The notes: generated by a model from the letters alone, not told the origin. Positions 8,567 to 16,206 are shown, counted from the first letter of the stretch. The stretch is 34,683 bases of DNA from an uncultured Alphaproteobacteria bacterium (GCA_903849835.1 CAINKA010000081.1:1-34683); one strand, 5' to 3'. Made by a program: numbers and translations.

Positions 8567-8998
8567 TTATTTATTTTTAGAGGGACTTCTTGCTCGTGTG
8601 ACAAGTGGAGCTGCAGACGCGCTAGCAATAACTCCACCTAAAAGAGCGGAAACTTCTCGCGATTCTTCACCACCTCTGATCGCTCTTAAAGTTGGCGCCG
8701 CAGCTGCCACGACTTCTGCTCTACTTCCTCCAATTTCACATGTCGTAACTGTTCTTACGTCAGCTCCAAACCCAGTTATTCTGCGCAAGTCTCTTGTAAC
8801 TTCTGCAAATCTCTTCGCTACATCTTCTATAAATTTTTCTTTGGGATATGTTTCTGAATCTTTACGTTTGGCCACCATTTCTTTTAAAGCCTTATGGTAT
8901 GCAGAACCTGTCGTGCAAAGCTCAATCATTTCTTCGGATAATCCTAATCCACGAGCCATTTCTTTGCCCGCATCTACCGTTCTTACTGGTCTACTCAT
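8567..8998 (-). CDS. Hypothetical 143-aa protein with an Ala-rich C-terminus, translationally coupled to the upstream methyltransferase
   Basis: Its ATG overlaps the methyltransferase stop (8995-8998). The composition is protein-like, whereas the overlapping + strand ORF 8508-9011 is Ser/Leu/Ala-rich and looks like a shadow ORF. No family recognised. Confidence 0.5.
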   Translation of the reverse strand: MSRPVRTVDAGKEMARGLGLSEEMIELCTTGSAYHKALKEMVAKRKDSETYPKEKFIEDVAKRFAEVTRDLRRITGFGADVRTVTTCEIGGSRAEVVAAAAPTLRAIRGGEESREVSALLGGVIASASAAPLVTRARSPSKNK

Positions 8999-9594
8999 CT
9001 GTAAAAAATAGTTGTGTTTTTAATGCGAAGTTGCCCCGGAGCGATTCCAAAAAAATCTTGTTTGGTGAAATTTTTTTCAGCGAAAAAATCAAAAATTTTT
9101 TTATAATTTCTTCGTTCGGAATCGTCGAGAATGATTCTGCCGTTTGGCTTCAAAGCTTCAATCGCATTTTTAGCGCATTCGAATCTTTTTAGGGAATCGA
9201 TGATGATGAAGTCGAATTTTTCTCCAGAATTTTTAGGAAAATTTTCGTAAAAATTATTCGTGAGCCCATCAGGCATTAAATTTATTTTTACGTTTTGTAG
9301 GGGCTGGCCTTGTGCCAGCCCACGGTCGGCCACAAGGGCTTCCTCTACAATCTCCCCCCACCTCTCATCCGTCTCCAACCCAACAATTTTTTTCGCTCTC
9401 TCCGCAAAAAATAAAGTTGAAGCGCCGCAGCCAAATTCAAAAACTTCGTGATTTTTTGTGAGATTTTTTTTGAGGAATTCAATCGCGGGATAAGTCATCC
9501 ACGGCAGTGCCGCGCCATTTTCATCTTGGGAAAAACCTTCGATGAAAGATTTTTTCCAACCGATTTTATTTTTTTCAAACTGCTCTTTTAGCAT
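8995..9594 (-). CDS. Class I SAM-dependent methyltransferase, containing an in-frame GC-rich repeat insertion
   Basis: Motif I is VFEFGCGASTLFFA, post-I is VGLETD, and a later motif is FIIIDS...NGRIILDD. The segment ...EEALVADRGLAQGQPLQN... is encoded by the repeat at 9295-9350. Confidence 0.75.
   Translation of the reverse strand: MLKEQFEKNKIGWKKSFIEGFSQDENGAALPWMTYPAIEFLKKNLTKNHEVFEFGCGASTLFFAERAKKIVGLETDERWGEIVEEALVADRGLAQGQPLQNVKINLMPDGLTNNFYENFPKNSGEKFDFIIIDSLKRFECAKNAIEALKPNGRIILDDSERRNYKKIFDFFAEKNFTKQDFFGIAPGQLRIKNTTIFYR
9295..9350. repeat. Complete 56-bp GC-rich palindromic element inside the methyltransferase CDS
   Basis: Sequence is ttgtaggggctggccttgtgccagcccacggtcggccacaagggcttcctctacaa. 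It is near-identical in architecture to the copy at 21462-21517. Confidence 0.85.
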
Positions 9595-10582
9595 CTAAAT
9601 ACCACTTCACCGTTTCCTTCAATCTTTCTGAAAAACTTCTCGTTGGTTTAAAACCTAACTCTCGTTCAACCTTGGCATTGCTGATCGCGTAACGTTTGTC
9701 GTGACCCAAGCGATCGGTCACAAAAGAAATTTGTTTTGCGTAAGAAGTGCCGTCAGCGCGCGGTTTTATTTCGTCCAAAATTCCACAAATTTCTTGCGCC
9801 AAATCCAAATTTTCTTTTTCGCAATTGCCGCCGAAGCAGTAAGTTTCGCCGAGTTTGCCGTCGCACAAAGCGGAATAAATTCCGTCAGCGTGGTCGCGCA
9901 CAAAAATCCAGTCGCGAATATTTTTGCCATTGCCGTAGATTGGAATGGCGCGGCCGTTGATTGCGGAGGAAATCACGGTCGGAATAAATTTTTCGCGATG
10001 TTGATGCGGGCCGAAATTATTCGAGCAATTTGTGGTGATTGTTGGCAGTCCGTAAGTTTCAAACCAAGCGCGTACGAGATGGTCGGAAGCGGCTTTGGAC
10101 GCGGAGTAAGGTGAGTTTGGGCGGTAAGGATTTTCTTCGGTAAATTTTGGATCAGTCAGTGAAAGTGAGCCGTAAACTTCGTCAGTTGAAATGTGTAAAA
10201 AACGAAATTCAGATTTCTTTTCTGCGTCTAAATTTTTCCAGTAATCAAGCGTGCAGTTCAACAGATTAAAGGTTCCAACAATGTTGGTCTGAATAAAATT
10301 TTCTGGCGCAGCGATCGAATTATCGACGTGAGATTCGGCGGCGAAATTTACGACAAAATCAATTTTTTCTTCGCGCAAAATTTTCAAAACCAATTCGCGA
10401 TCCGCAATGTCGCCTTCAATCAATTTGAAATTGGAATTTCTTTCGACGGCAGAAAGATTTTTTAAATCCGCCGCGTAAGTGAGTTTGTCGAGCACTACAG
10501 CGCGCTGGCCAAGTTCGCAGATTTTTAAAACAAAGTGACTGCCAATAAATCCGGCGCCGCCGGTGATTAAAAAATTTTTCAT
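9575..10582 (-). CDS. rfbB: dTDP-glucose 4,6-dehydratase
   Basis: 335 aa. Rossmann motif ITGGAGFIGSHF, catalytic YSASKAASDHL (YxxxK), and typical RmlB length and C-terminus. Confidence 0.9.
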   Translation of the reverse strand: MKNFLITGGAGFIGSHFVLKICELGQRAVVLDKLTYAADLKNLSAVERNSNFKLIEGDIADRELVLKILREEKIDFVVNFAAESHVDNSIAAPENFIQTNIVGTFNLLNCTLDYWKNLDAEKKSEFRFLHISTDEVYGSLSLTDPKFTEENPYRPNSPYSASKAASDHLVRAWFETYGLPTITTNCSNNFGPHQHREKFIPTVISSAINGRAIPIYGNGKNIRDWIFVRDHADGIYSALCDGKLGETYCFGGNCEKENLDLAQEICGILDEIKPRADGTSYAKQISFVTDRLGHDKRYAISNAKVERELGFKPTRSFSERLKETVKWYLDAKRAV

Positions 10583-10662
10583 GATTAAAAATGCTGATTA
10601 AATTTTTTATAATTTTTAAAAAGTTATCGCGTAAAAAAATTAATTTTTTCGAGGAAATTCAA

Positions 10663-11079
10663 ATGACCAAGAGCAACATTATCGAACTCACTTTCAAAGA
10701 AATCACCACGCAAAATAAATTGTTTTGCCAGTTTGATGAGCAGAATGGCATTTTGTTATTGGACGTAAAAAGTCCTTTTTCTGGTGATGATTTTGGGACT
10801 ATCTCAAGCATCATAGAGCCATATTTTGCAACTCATGGCGAGCTTAGAGGGGTGATTATTAATTCAAAAAAATTTCCTTACTGGTCTAGCGCTCAAAATC
10901 GCACGGAATATTTAAATTTCGCTCGTGACAATCATCATAAATTTAAAAAAGCTGCATTGGGAATGGGAGGATTTTTTACCAAAATCGTCGCCAGAATTGC
11001 GCGCGGACGAGTTCATCCGGAGGTGAAAATTTTTAAATATAATCAGATTGAGAAGGCACAGAGCTGGATTTTGGGGTGA
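10663..11079 (+). CDS. STAS/SpoIIAA-like (DUF3478-type) small protein
   Basis: The start was moved to ATG 10663, which is preceded by GAGGAAA. The pattern ...GELRGVIINSKKFPYWSSAQNRTEYLNFARDNHHKFKKAAL... resembles SpoIIAA-like/STAS-SEC14 proteins. Confidence 0.55.
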   Translation: MTKSNIIELTFKEITTQNKLFCQFDEQNGILLLDVKSPFSGDDFGTISSIIEPYFATHGELRGVIINSKKFPYWSSAQNRTEYLNFARDNHHKFKKAALGMGGFFTKIVARIARGRVHPEVKIFKYNQIEKAQSWILG

Positions 11080-11102
11080 GGGTTAGAACTAAAAAAATAG
11101 GG

Positions 11103-11132
11103 CACTTACGCTTTGCGTAAGTGAGTAATTTT
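11103..11132 (+). terminator. Putative intrinsic terminator after the STAS-like gene
   Basis: Stem cacttacg (11103-11110), loop ctttg, stem cgtaagtg (11116-11123), then a T-rich tail. An A-run upstream makes it potentially bidirectional. Confidence 0.45.
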
Positions 11133-11263
11133 CTGGGAAGGATGGCGCGCATTCGCGCTTGCAAACGCAAGATTTTTCTAAGTTCAGCTACGCTTCACTA
11201 AGAAAAATTATGCTTATTGTCGAACCTCATCGGAGACTCTCTGACAACCTTCCCGGGGAGCCA
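11133..11263. repeat. Extra tRNA-Asn 3'-end-like fragments (att scars) outside the island
   Basis: 11133-11143 (ctgggaaggat) plus 11220-11228 (tcgaacctc) together equal tRNA positions 18498-18517, split by 76 bp. 11248-11263 (ccttcccggggagcca) is an inverted copy with one mismatch. Confidence 0.6.
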
Positions 11264-11267
11264 TAAC

Positions 11268-11304
11268 AAAAAAGGCCGCCTAGCTTACGCTGACGGCCTT
11301 TTTT
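11268..11304. terminator. Bidirectional hairpin terminator (probably the original tRNA-Asn terminator)
   Basis: aaaaaaggccg - 15-nt loop - cggcctttttt. On the minus strand it follows directly after the displaced tRNA 3'-end copy. Confidence 0.5.
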
Positions 11305-11308
11305 GTTG

Positions 11309-11325
11309 TGGCTCCTGGGAAGGAT
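11309..11325. repeat. Distal direct repeat (att) of the tRNA-Asn island
   Basis: tggctcctgggaaggat matches tRNA-Asn 3' end 18491-18508 (tggctccctgggaaggat) apart from a 1-nt deletion. Confidence 0.75.
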
Positions 11326-11384
11326 AGACATTAGATGGTCTAGAGCCATACCAACATTGTATTAAAACTGATATGAAAAAGCAA

Positions 11385-11405
11385 TATACCCCTATTTATA
11401 CCCCC
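11385..11405. promoter_or_regulatory. Two TATACCCC motifs at the distal island end (candidate recombinase arm-type sites)
   Basis: tatacccc at 11385-11392 and tataccccc at 11397-11405. The same 8-mer recurs in a cluster at 18329-18384 beside int. Confidence 0.45.
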
Positions 11406-11417
11406 TAGATTAGTTTT

Positions 11418-11708
11418 TTACTTTTTTGGTTTTTGTTTAGTGTGAATCCAAGCCTCTTCTTCTATCAGAGCAATTCTTCTCGATTTACCAACCTCTATTT
11501 CTTCATCTAAAAATTGTTCAACTGCAATATTTTTATTTTTCTCATTAAAGAAAAATTTAATGGCCTTTGGTTGTACTTTTGATTTTCTATTCGTAGCTAA
11601 CTGATAGGAGCTATTTAAAGCTTCCCAAAGCTTCGTTCTTCCATTCTCTTGTTTTTCATTGAAAAAATCGTTAACCATACTTTTGAAATCTGTCATGTTA
11701 TTTTTCAA
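11418..11708 (-). CDS. Hypothetical 96-aa protein (island cargo, downstream partner of the RDD protein)
   Basis: The ORF starts 2 nt after the stop of the RDD gene. It is charged and Lys-rich at the C-terminus. No family recognised. Confidence 0.5.
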   Translation of the reverse strand: MKNNMTDFKSMVNDFFNEKQENGRTKLWEALNSSYQLATNRKSKVQPKAIKFFFNEKNKNIAVEQFLDEEIEVGKSRRIALIEEEAWIHTKQKPKK

Positions 11709-11710
11709 AA

Positions 11711-12748
11711 TTATTTAGTTTCGGTCTGAATTTCTTGCGAAGATGAACTTATGACTATTGTTGACCAAAGTTTATTTTTTAACTTCTCTACTTTGACGGA
11801 AGTATATTCATATGGCTTTCCCTGAACAGTTACTACTCGCCAGAAATCATTATTATTCTTGCGGATCTCAATATGAAGAAGTGATCCATCTGAAGCCGTA
11901 ATAGATCCATAGCATTCCCAAGACTGAATTCCGTCTTTTTCAGAATACTTTCCGCCATCACTAAAGCTCATACTTTTGGCATTAGCCTTTCCAAAGAGAT
12001 CAACGTAGGTGTTTAATGATACAGTTCCACTTTCAAGACCCAAGACAACAAAAGCATGGTCGGTTATTTCGCTAAATGTGTATACCTTTTGTCCTTGCTC
12101 ATTACTATCGGGAGCATTTTTCCATTCTGCATCAATTGAGGCTTCTGCTTTAGTTACTGGATTTTGCCAAGTGTACGGTGGCGACCCTACTATTTTTTGC
12201 GCTTTAGTATTACTCTCTTGTTGGATGAATCCCATGTAAAATACTAGAACGATACCGGCCACTGCGATAAGAGCTCTTAGTAATTGAAACCTAGATAGCT
12301 TTTCGGAAAAAACCTGAAATCCATAGCGCTCGTCATAAGTAGTTCTCTGCCCTTTATCTATTAACTTCTGCTGCTTATTAAATGTCCACAATGAGAAGAG
12401 CGGTAAACCAAATGCAAAACCGGAGCACCATACTCCAAAAGCGCGTTTTAACCAGTCCTTCAAAGAGATCTTTCCGAGTTTTTTTATATGTATACCCAAA
12501 AGATATTTACCCAAACTATTACCAAAAAAATGACAAATTAAGGCATCCAAGATTAGGGCAAATGGAATAAAAACGATTCCTAGAATACGGTCAGTATGTG
12601 GATTATTTATCAGACCAGTGTACCAAGTTGAGTATTTTGCCAAAGTCATTTCAGCAAAAAATCCTATCAACATTATCTCGAAATAGAGATCAAACATGCG
12701 AGCAAAAAAACGGCGCCAAGAGCCAGCTGTAGGGAGTATTAATTTCAT
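11711..12748 (-). CDS. RDD-family membrane protein with a ~170-aa C-terminal soluble domain
   Basis: The N-terminal half has RDD hallmarks: WRRFFARMFD (Arg), LILDAL (Asp), GNSLGKYLLGIHI, and TYDERYGFQV (Asp), with 3-4 TM helices. The C-terminal domain (from about residue 178) is unrecognised. Confidence 0.65.
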   Translation of the reverse strand: MKLILPTAGSWRRFFARMFDLYFEIMLIGFFAEMTLAKYSTWYTGLINNPHTDRILGIVFIPFALILDALICHFFGNSLGKYLLGIHIKKLGKISLKDWLKRAFGVWCSGFAFGLPLFSLWTFNKQQKLIDKGQRTTYDERYGFQVFSEKLSRFQLLRALIAVAGIVLVFYMGFIQQESNTKAQKIVGSPPYTWQNPVTKAEASIDAEWKNAPDSNEQGQKVYTFSEITDHAFVVLGLESGTVSLNTYVDLFGKANAKSMSFSDGGKYSEKDGIQSWECYGSITASDGSLLHIEIRKNNNDFWRVVTVQGKPYEYTSVKVEKLKNKLWSTIVISSSSQEIQTETK

Positions 12749-12798
12749 TTTGAGATTTGTTTAATAAAAAAAAGTCTGTCTAGGAAGGGACTTAAGCA

Positions 12799-13086
12799 TT
12801 AAATACTATGTAAAAAAAGATTTGCATCTTTTAGAAACCGCATCTCCAACTTTCTTCTTTCGATTCTTTCTTTTACATAGCGACCACTTCTTAAGTTGGT
12901 TTGCTTAATTTTTTTGATGCCGTCATTAGTTCTCGCCCCTGTTGACTTGCCGCCATGCATCCTACATCTTCCATTTTTCATCGCCGGTGATTTGCAGGAG
13001 TTTTTGGCTCTAGTTTTAGCTCCACACTTTTCAGCGTCTTTGATGTTAAATTTTTGTTTGCATGGGGTGATGTTTCTACTTTTCAT
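12799..13086 (-). CDS. HGGxSTG-motif small protein (mobile-element associated)
   Basis: CGAKTRAKNSCKSPAMKNGRCRMHGGKSTGARTNDG matches the Cys-rich 'HGGxSTG' domain seen in alphaproteobacterial phage/plasmid proteins. Confidence 0.6.
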   Translation of the reverse strand: MKSRNITPCKQKFNIKDAEKCGAKTRAKNSCKSPAMKNGRCRMHGGKSTGARTNDGIKKIKQTNLRSGRYVKERIERRKLEMRFLKDANLFLHSI

Positions 13087-13723
13087 TTTTCCCCACCCCT
13101 CCTTTTATCAGCTCCTCTATGCTGTTATTGATCTGAGTATTAGCTGTTCCAATGAAAGCTTTTCCGCCATCATTGATGTTGATGTGCTCAACAGTAATTT
13201 TCTGATCACCCTTGCTGCGATATTTTTTTAGCGCATCCATTTGAGCTAAATAAGTTCTGCTAAATTTGGTGGCTCTGCTAATATTCTCTTCAACTCCGTA
13301 GTTGGTTTGATCCTTTAAACCAGCTCTATAAAACGACCTCATCGTCATATTATGCACAGCAATCATCTGAGTTATTAGCATTGTCTCCAGAGTATCTCTT
13401 GGCTTTAACTCTTTGATGAGACTGACCACGTAATTTATATTATTTTCCGTGTAGTCGTCGCCATAAAGATTACTAACACAAGATAACAGGTTGTTAAAAA
13501 CAGTTTTATTTGTGGTGCCTAAACTTTGGTACATTTCTTGAGATATTTTATCCCCCAAAGTCTTTGGTGAGGTTTTATCAATCGTCATTCCAAGAGAATT
13601 ATTTTTTGTTTTCTTGAGGCTAAAATCAAATCTGCCAGAGACATACCCCATCTCATCTGTAAGTGGTTTTTTATCTTCATTTTGAATAAACATTTCTTTT
13701 GTTTTTGTGCTATTTTTTGCCAT
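13076..13723 (-). CDS. Hypothetical 215-aa island protein
   Basis: Overlaps the next ORF by 11 nt. The C-terminal pattern ...LETMLITQMIAVHNMTMRSF...ALKKYRSKGDQKITVEHININDGGKAFIG resembles conserved unknown proteins that accompany HGGxSTG genes in mobile islands (from memory, unverified). Confidence 0.55.
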   Translation of the reverse strand: MAKNSTKTKEMFIQNEDKKPLTDEMGYVSGRFDFSLKKTKNNSLGMTIDKTSPKTLGDKISQEMYQSLGTTNKTVFNNLLSCVSNLYGDDYTENNINYVVSLIKELKPRDTLETMLITQMIAVHNMTMRSFYRAGLKDQTNYGVEENISRATKFSRTYLAQMDALKKYRSKGDQKITVEHININDGGKAFIGTANTQINNSIEELIKGGVGKNEK

Positions 13724-13727
13724 AAAA

Positions 13728-14222
13728 TTAAGTGATTATTTGATTAATAAAGTCGGTGACTTGCTGTGAATTAACGGAAATTTGTTTTTCTTTTGCGTAA
13801 AGAGTGGCGATTTCTTGATTGGCTTCATCTTCCGCAAGAGTCCTATTCATATGTATTGGCAAGGCTTCATATTCTAAAATTGCCGCTCTCTCGTCGAAGA
13901 GATATTGGTATTTTTCTAGATCAGATTCTTGCTGGTTTTGAGACTCTTCTGGAATGTTTGACATTCTTGTCATTGTTGACGATGTCACTAAATTCAAAGC
14001 CTCATCATAGCTATTTCTTCCGTCACTCTCTGACATTTTAAAAGCTTTTTGCTCATCCTTTAAACCATAAAAAGACTTCACAATGTCAACACTGTCAAAG
14101 TTACTGATATTGTCTGAGAGCTTGGCGCGACTAACTTCAGCAAGAAAGTCAAGAATGTCAGACGCGGAGCTGGCTTGGTGGTAAAAGTCAGAAGAATTAT
14201 TTCTCATTTGACCACCTCTCAA
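13728..14222 (-). CDS. Hypothetical 164-aa acidic island protein
   Basis: Overlaps the upstream DUF3987 ORF by 26 nt. The C-terminal 'FDERAAILEYEA' motif resembles a motif common in phage/plasmid replication-module proteins (from memory). Confidence 0.5.
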   Translation of the reverse strand: MRGGQMRNNSSDFYHQASSASDILDFLAEVSRAKLSDNISNFDSVDIVKSFYGLKDEQKAFKMSESDGRNSYDEALNLVTSSTMTRMSNIPEESQNQQESDLEKYQYLFDERAAILEYEALPIHMNRTLAEDEANQEIATLYAKEKQISVNSQQVTDFINQIIT

Positions 14223-15867
14223 TCAAATCTTGGTGTAGCTTGTAAGAGTATTTCTCTTTCTGTTGGTATGCTGCTTCGGTATGCCTTTCGACGAGGTGAT
14301 TGTGATCAACTAAAACACTTATGATTCTCTCAAGATCATCATCTTTGTATGAGCCAAACTTTCTTCCCAAATCTCGTTTGGTAAATTCGCCAAAAAAGAT
14401 GTTTTGTTTTTCTCCTGATTGAAACTTTTTTCTTATCTTCTCAATCAACTCCAAAGCTTTGCTTTTGTGCCTGCCTTCGCCGCTTAAAATTCCATAAATT
14501 CTTCCCGCATGGCTTTCGAGATAAGCGCAGAAGAGAATTGCTTTTACTAGAGTCGCGGCATCAATCGCTCTTTGATTCTTATCATTCTTGACGAGATAAA
14601 AAATCAGGCACAAAGCTGGTAAAAGTTTGTGATATTTACCAAGATGTTGCGAGAGTAAGTTTTTACCCTCTTTGTAAAGCTTTAAAGATTTCTTACTGGT
14701 CTCAACATACCAACGTTGATAAATTTTTTGCGCCTCATCATCAAAAGAAAAGTAAGGGTAGGTTTTACCATCTTTCTCGATTGACCCACTTGAGCAGCTA
14801 AAAAAATCACTATTGTTTAGAAAGCGAACAATCGCAGAAATTTTACTTCTAGCCTCTTCATTTGGTTTTTCATCAACGTATTCAAAGCTGTCAATTGGAT
14901 CTGGGTAAACCAATAACTGAAACCTTTGCAATAAACCGTCGTTAAGGCTGTTTGCGGCTCTTTCTAAATAAGTTTTGATCTTGTCGTGTTGAGTTGTTCC
15001 AACTATTGAAATTGAGGCGTTTTTGGCAAGTACAGAACCTCTGCCAATAGTATCGCTTCTAAAGGTTGAATTTCCGTTCCACATCTCAAGAAAATAGGCT
15101 CGGTCAGCTTCATGTTCTTTTTTATCTAAATTTGAAAAGAACGCAGAAAGTTCGTCGCGCTCAAGAAGGATCGAAGAGTTTTTGTTGTCTCTTAAAATTT
15201 CGGTAATTTTTTGAGTAGTGCCATCTTTGATTATGAATCTTTCTAGGCAGACTCTTTCAGGATCTTGAAGGCTGCACAACCTATCTTCAATTTGCGTAGT
15301 TGATGCGCCGCTTTTTTTTATCAGTTTTTTAAACTCCTCCTCCAAAGCCTGCTTGGTGTTTTTGTATTTACTCAACTCTTTTTCGTACTGAGCTTTTTTG
15401 CTGTCATAATCTTCTTGGGCTTTCATCTCTAGTGGTGAAAAGAAAAACAAAGCCTGCTTTAAAGAGTCAGATTTTCTTGAGCTGGGATTTCCGATTACTC
15501 CGCCCCATAAATTGGCAAAGACGCAAAAATCATCTTTTAATTTTGGTTTGATTGTCGCCTTGCCAGCTATTAAAGAAGACAGGCCGGTGATGAGCGGAAT
15601 TGCGATGAATTCAGGAGGTACGGAAAGGCCTTTAGAAGTATCATCCACAAACTCTTTCAGCTCAGTTGGTAAAAATAGCTCGGTTTGAAACTTTGCAACC
15701 TCCGCCAAATCGTTGCTGCTTACTTGCCTTAATTCACCACCAGCATTTGAGTTGCGAAAATCATCCATGCTGGTGAAGCCCATTTTAAGGGCTAAGTCAG
15801 CTTCTAAGCCTTGCTCTTCTAAGCCTTGCTCTTCCAAGCTTGCTGGTTTTTTGTTATAGGGAAGCAT
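14197..15867 (-). CDS. DUF3987 (YfjI-like) protein, putative primase/helicase-associated replication protein of the island
   Basis: 556 aa. Its position directly after alpA, its size and its N-terminal region (LPTELKEFVDDTSKGLSVPPEFIAIPLITGLSSLIAGK) are typical of DUF3987 proteins of CP4-57/P4-like islands. Confidence 0.6.
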   Translation of the reverse strand: MLPYNKKPASLEEQGLEEQGLEADLALKMGFTSMDDFRNSNAGGELRQVSSNDLAEVAKFQTELFLPTELKEFVDDTSKGLSVPPEFIAIPLITGLSSLIAGKATIKPKLKDDFCVFANLWGGVIGNPSSRKSDSLKQALFFFSPLEMKAQEDYDSKKAQYEKELSKYKNTKQALEEEFKKLIKKSGASTTQIEDRLCSLQDPERVCLERFIIKDGTTQKITEILRDNKNSSILLERDELSAFFSNLDKKEHEADRAYFLEMWNGNSTFRSDTIGRGSVLAKNASISIVGTTQHDKIKTYLERAANSLNDGLLQRFQLLVYPDPIDSFEYVDEKPNEEARSKISAIVRFLNNSDFFSCSSGSIEKDGKTYPYFSFDDEAQKIYQRWYVETSKKSLKLYKEGKNLLSQHLGKYHKLLPALCLIFYLVKNDKNQRAIDAATLVKAILFCAYLESHAGRIYGILSGEGRHKSKALELIEKIRKKFQSGEKQNIFFGEFTKRDLGRKFGSYKDDDLERIISVLVDHNHLVERHTEAAYQQKEKYSYKLHQDLIERWSNEK

Positions 15868-16078
15868 CTTTGCCTCCGTTCTGATTTTTGTAGCTCTCTA
15901 CAAGAGTTTTGATGTCTTCAATTGCCCAAGCTGTTGTTCTTTCTCCAAGTTTTACAGGCTTTGGAAAGCGACCATCTTTGACGCCATCCCACCAAGTTGA
16001 TTTTCCGATTGGAAATATTTTTAAAATTTCTTTGACTCTGAGGAAGCCGATTTCTGGAAGTAAGTTTTTTTGTTGCAT
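15854..16078 (-). CDS. alpA: AlpA-family transcriptional regulator / excisionase-like HTH protein
   Basis: The start was moved to the internal ATG at 16078. MQQKNLLPEIGFLRVKEILKIFPIGKSTWWDGVKDGRFPKPVKLGERTTAWAIEDIKTLV matches the AlpA/MerR-like phage regulatory motif (FPxPvKlg.R...W). Confidence 0.8.
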   Translation of the reverse strand: MQQKNLLPEIGFLRVKEILKIFPIGKSTWWDGVKDGRFPKPVKLGERTTAWAIEDIKTLVESYKNQNGGKDASL

Positions 16079-16170
16079 GTTTTTTACCGTTTTAATTAAA
16101 CAAAATTTGTTCAACGAGGAACGGCAAAAGCTTACGATGTATCTTTTGGTCTTTGAGGGAAGTGGATTAG

Positions 16171-16206
16171 AAAAACGGTAATTACCAAAACAAAAACGGT
16201 AATTAC
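16171..16206. promoter_or_regulatory. Two direct copies of AAAAACGGTAATTAC (core palindrome GGTAATTACC) upstream of alpA
   Basis: Copies at 16171-16185 and 16192-16206. The second overlaps the stop codon of the 313-aa ORF. Located in the alpA promoter region. Confidence 0.4.

Noticed and set aside
8508-9011. 167-aa + strand ORF opposite orf143.
   Set aside because: It starts inside the MITE core (..IMLRQAQHD..) and has a Ser/Leu/Ala/Thr-rich composition typical of an antisense shadow. The minus-strand ORF is translationally coupled to the methyltransferase.
11090-11330. Possible two-piece (permuted) alphaproteobacterial tmRNA: tRNA-like fragments, a long acceptor-like stem with an intervening loop, and a 'gcaaacgca...' stretch reminiscent of an AN... 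tag start.
   Set aside because: There is no T-arm (GGTTCGANTCC) adjacent to the CCA-like end and no G3:U70 alanine identity pair. The only ORFs are ANARFF* or KRKIFLSSATLH*, which lack the usual hydrophobic ..LAA/VAA ending. The tRNA-like pieces match tRNA-Asn exactly, so att scars plus a terminator explain them better.
12772-12798. Terminator between the HGGxSTG gene and the RDD gene (aagtc...gactt followed by T8 on the minus strand).
   Set aside because: The stem is only 5 bp with a 12-nt loop, too weak to call as a feature. It is mentioned only as a hint that the RDD pair may be a separate transcription unit.
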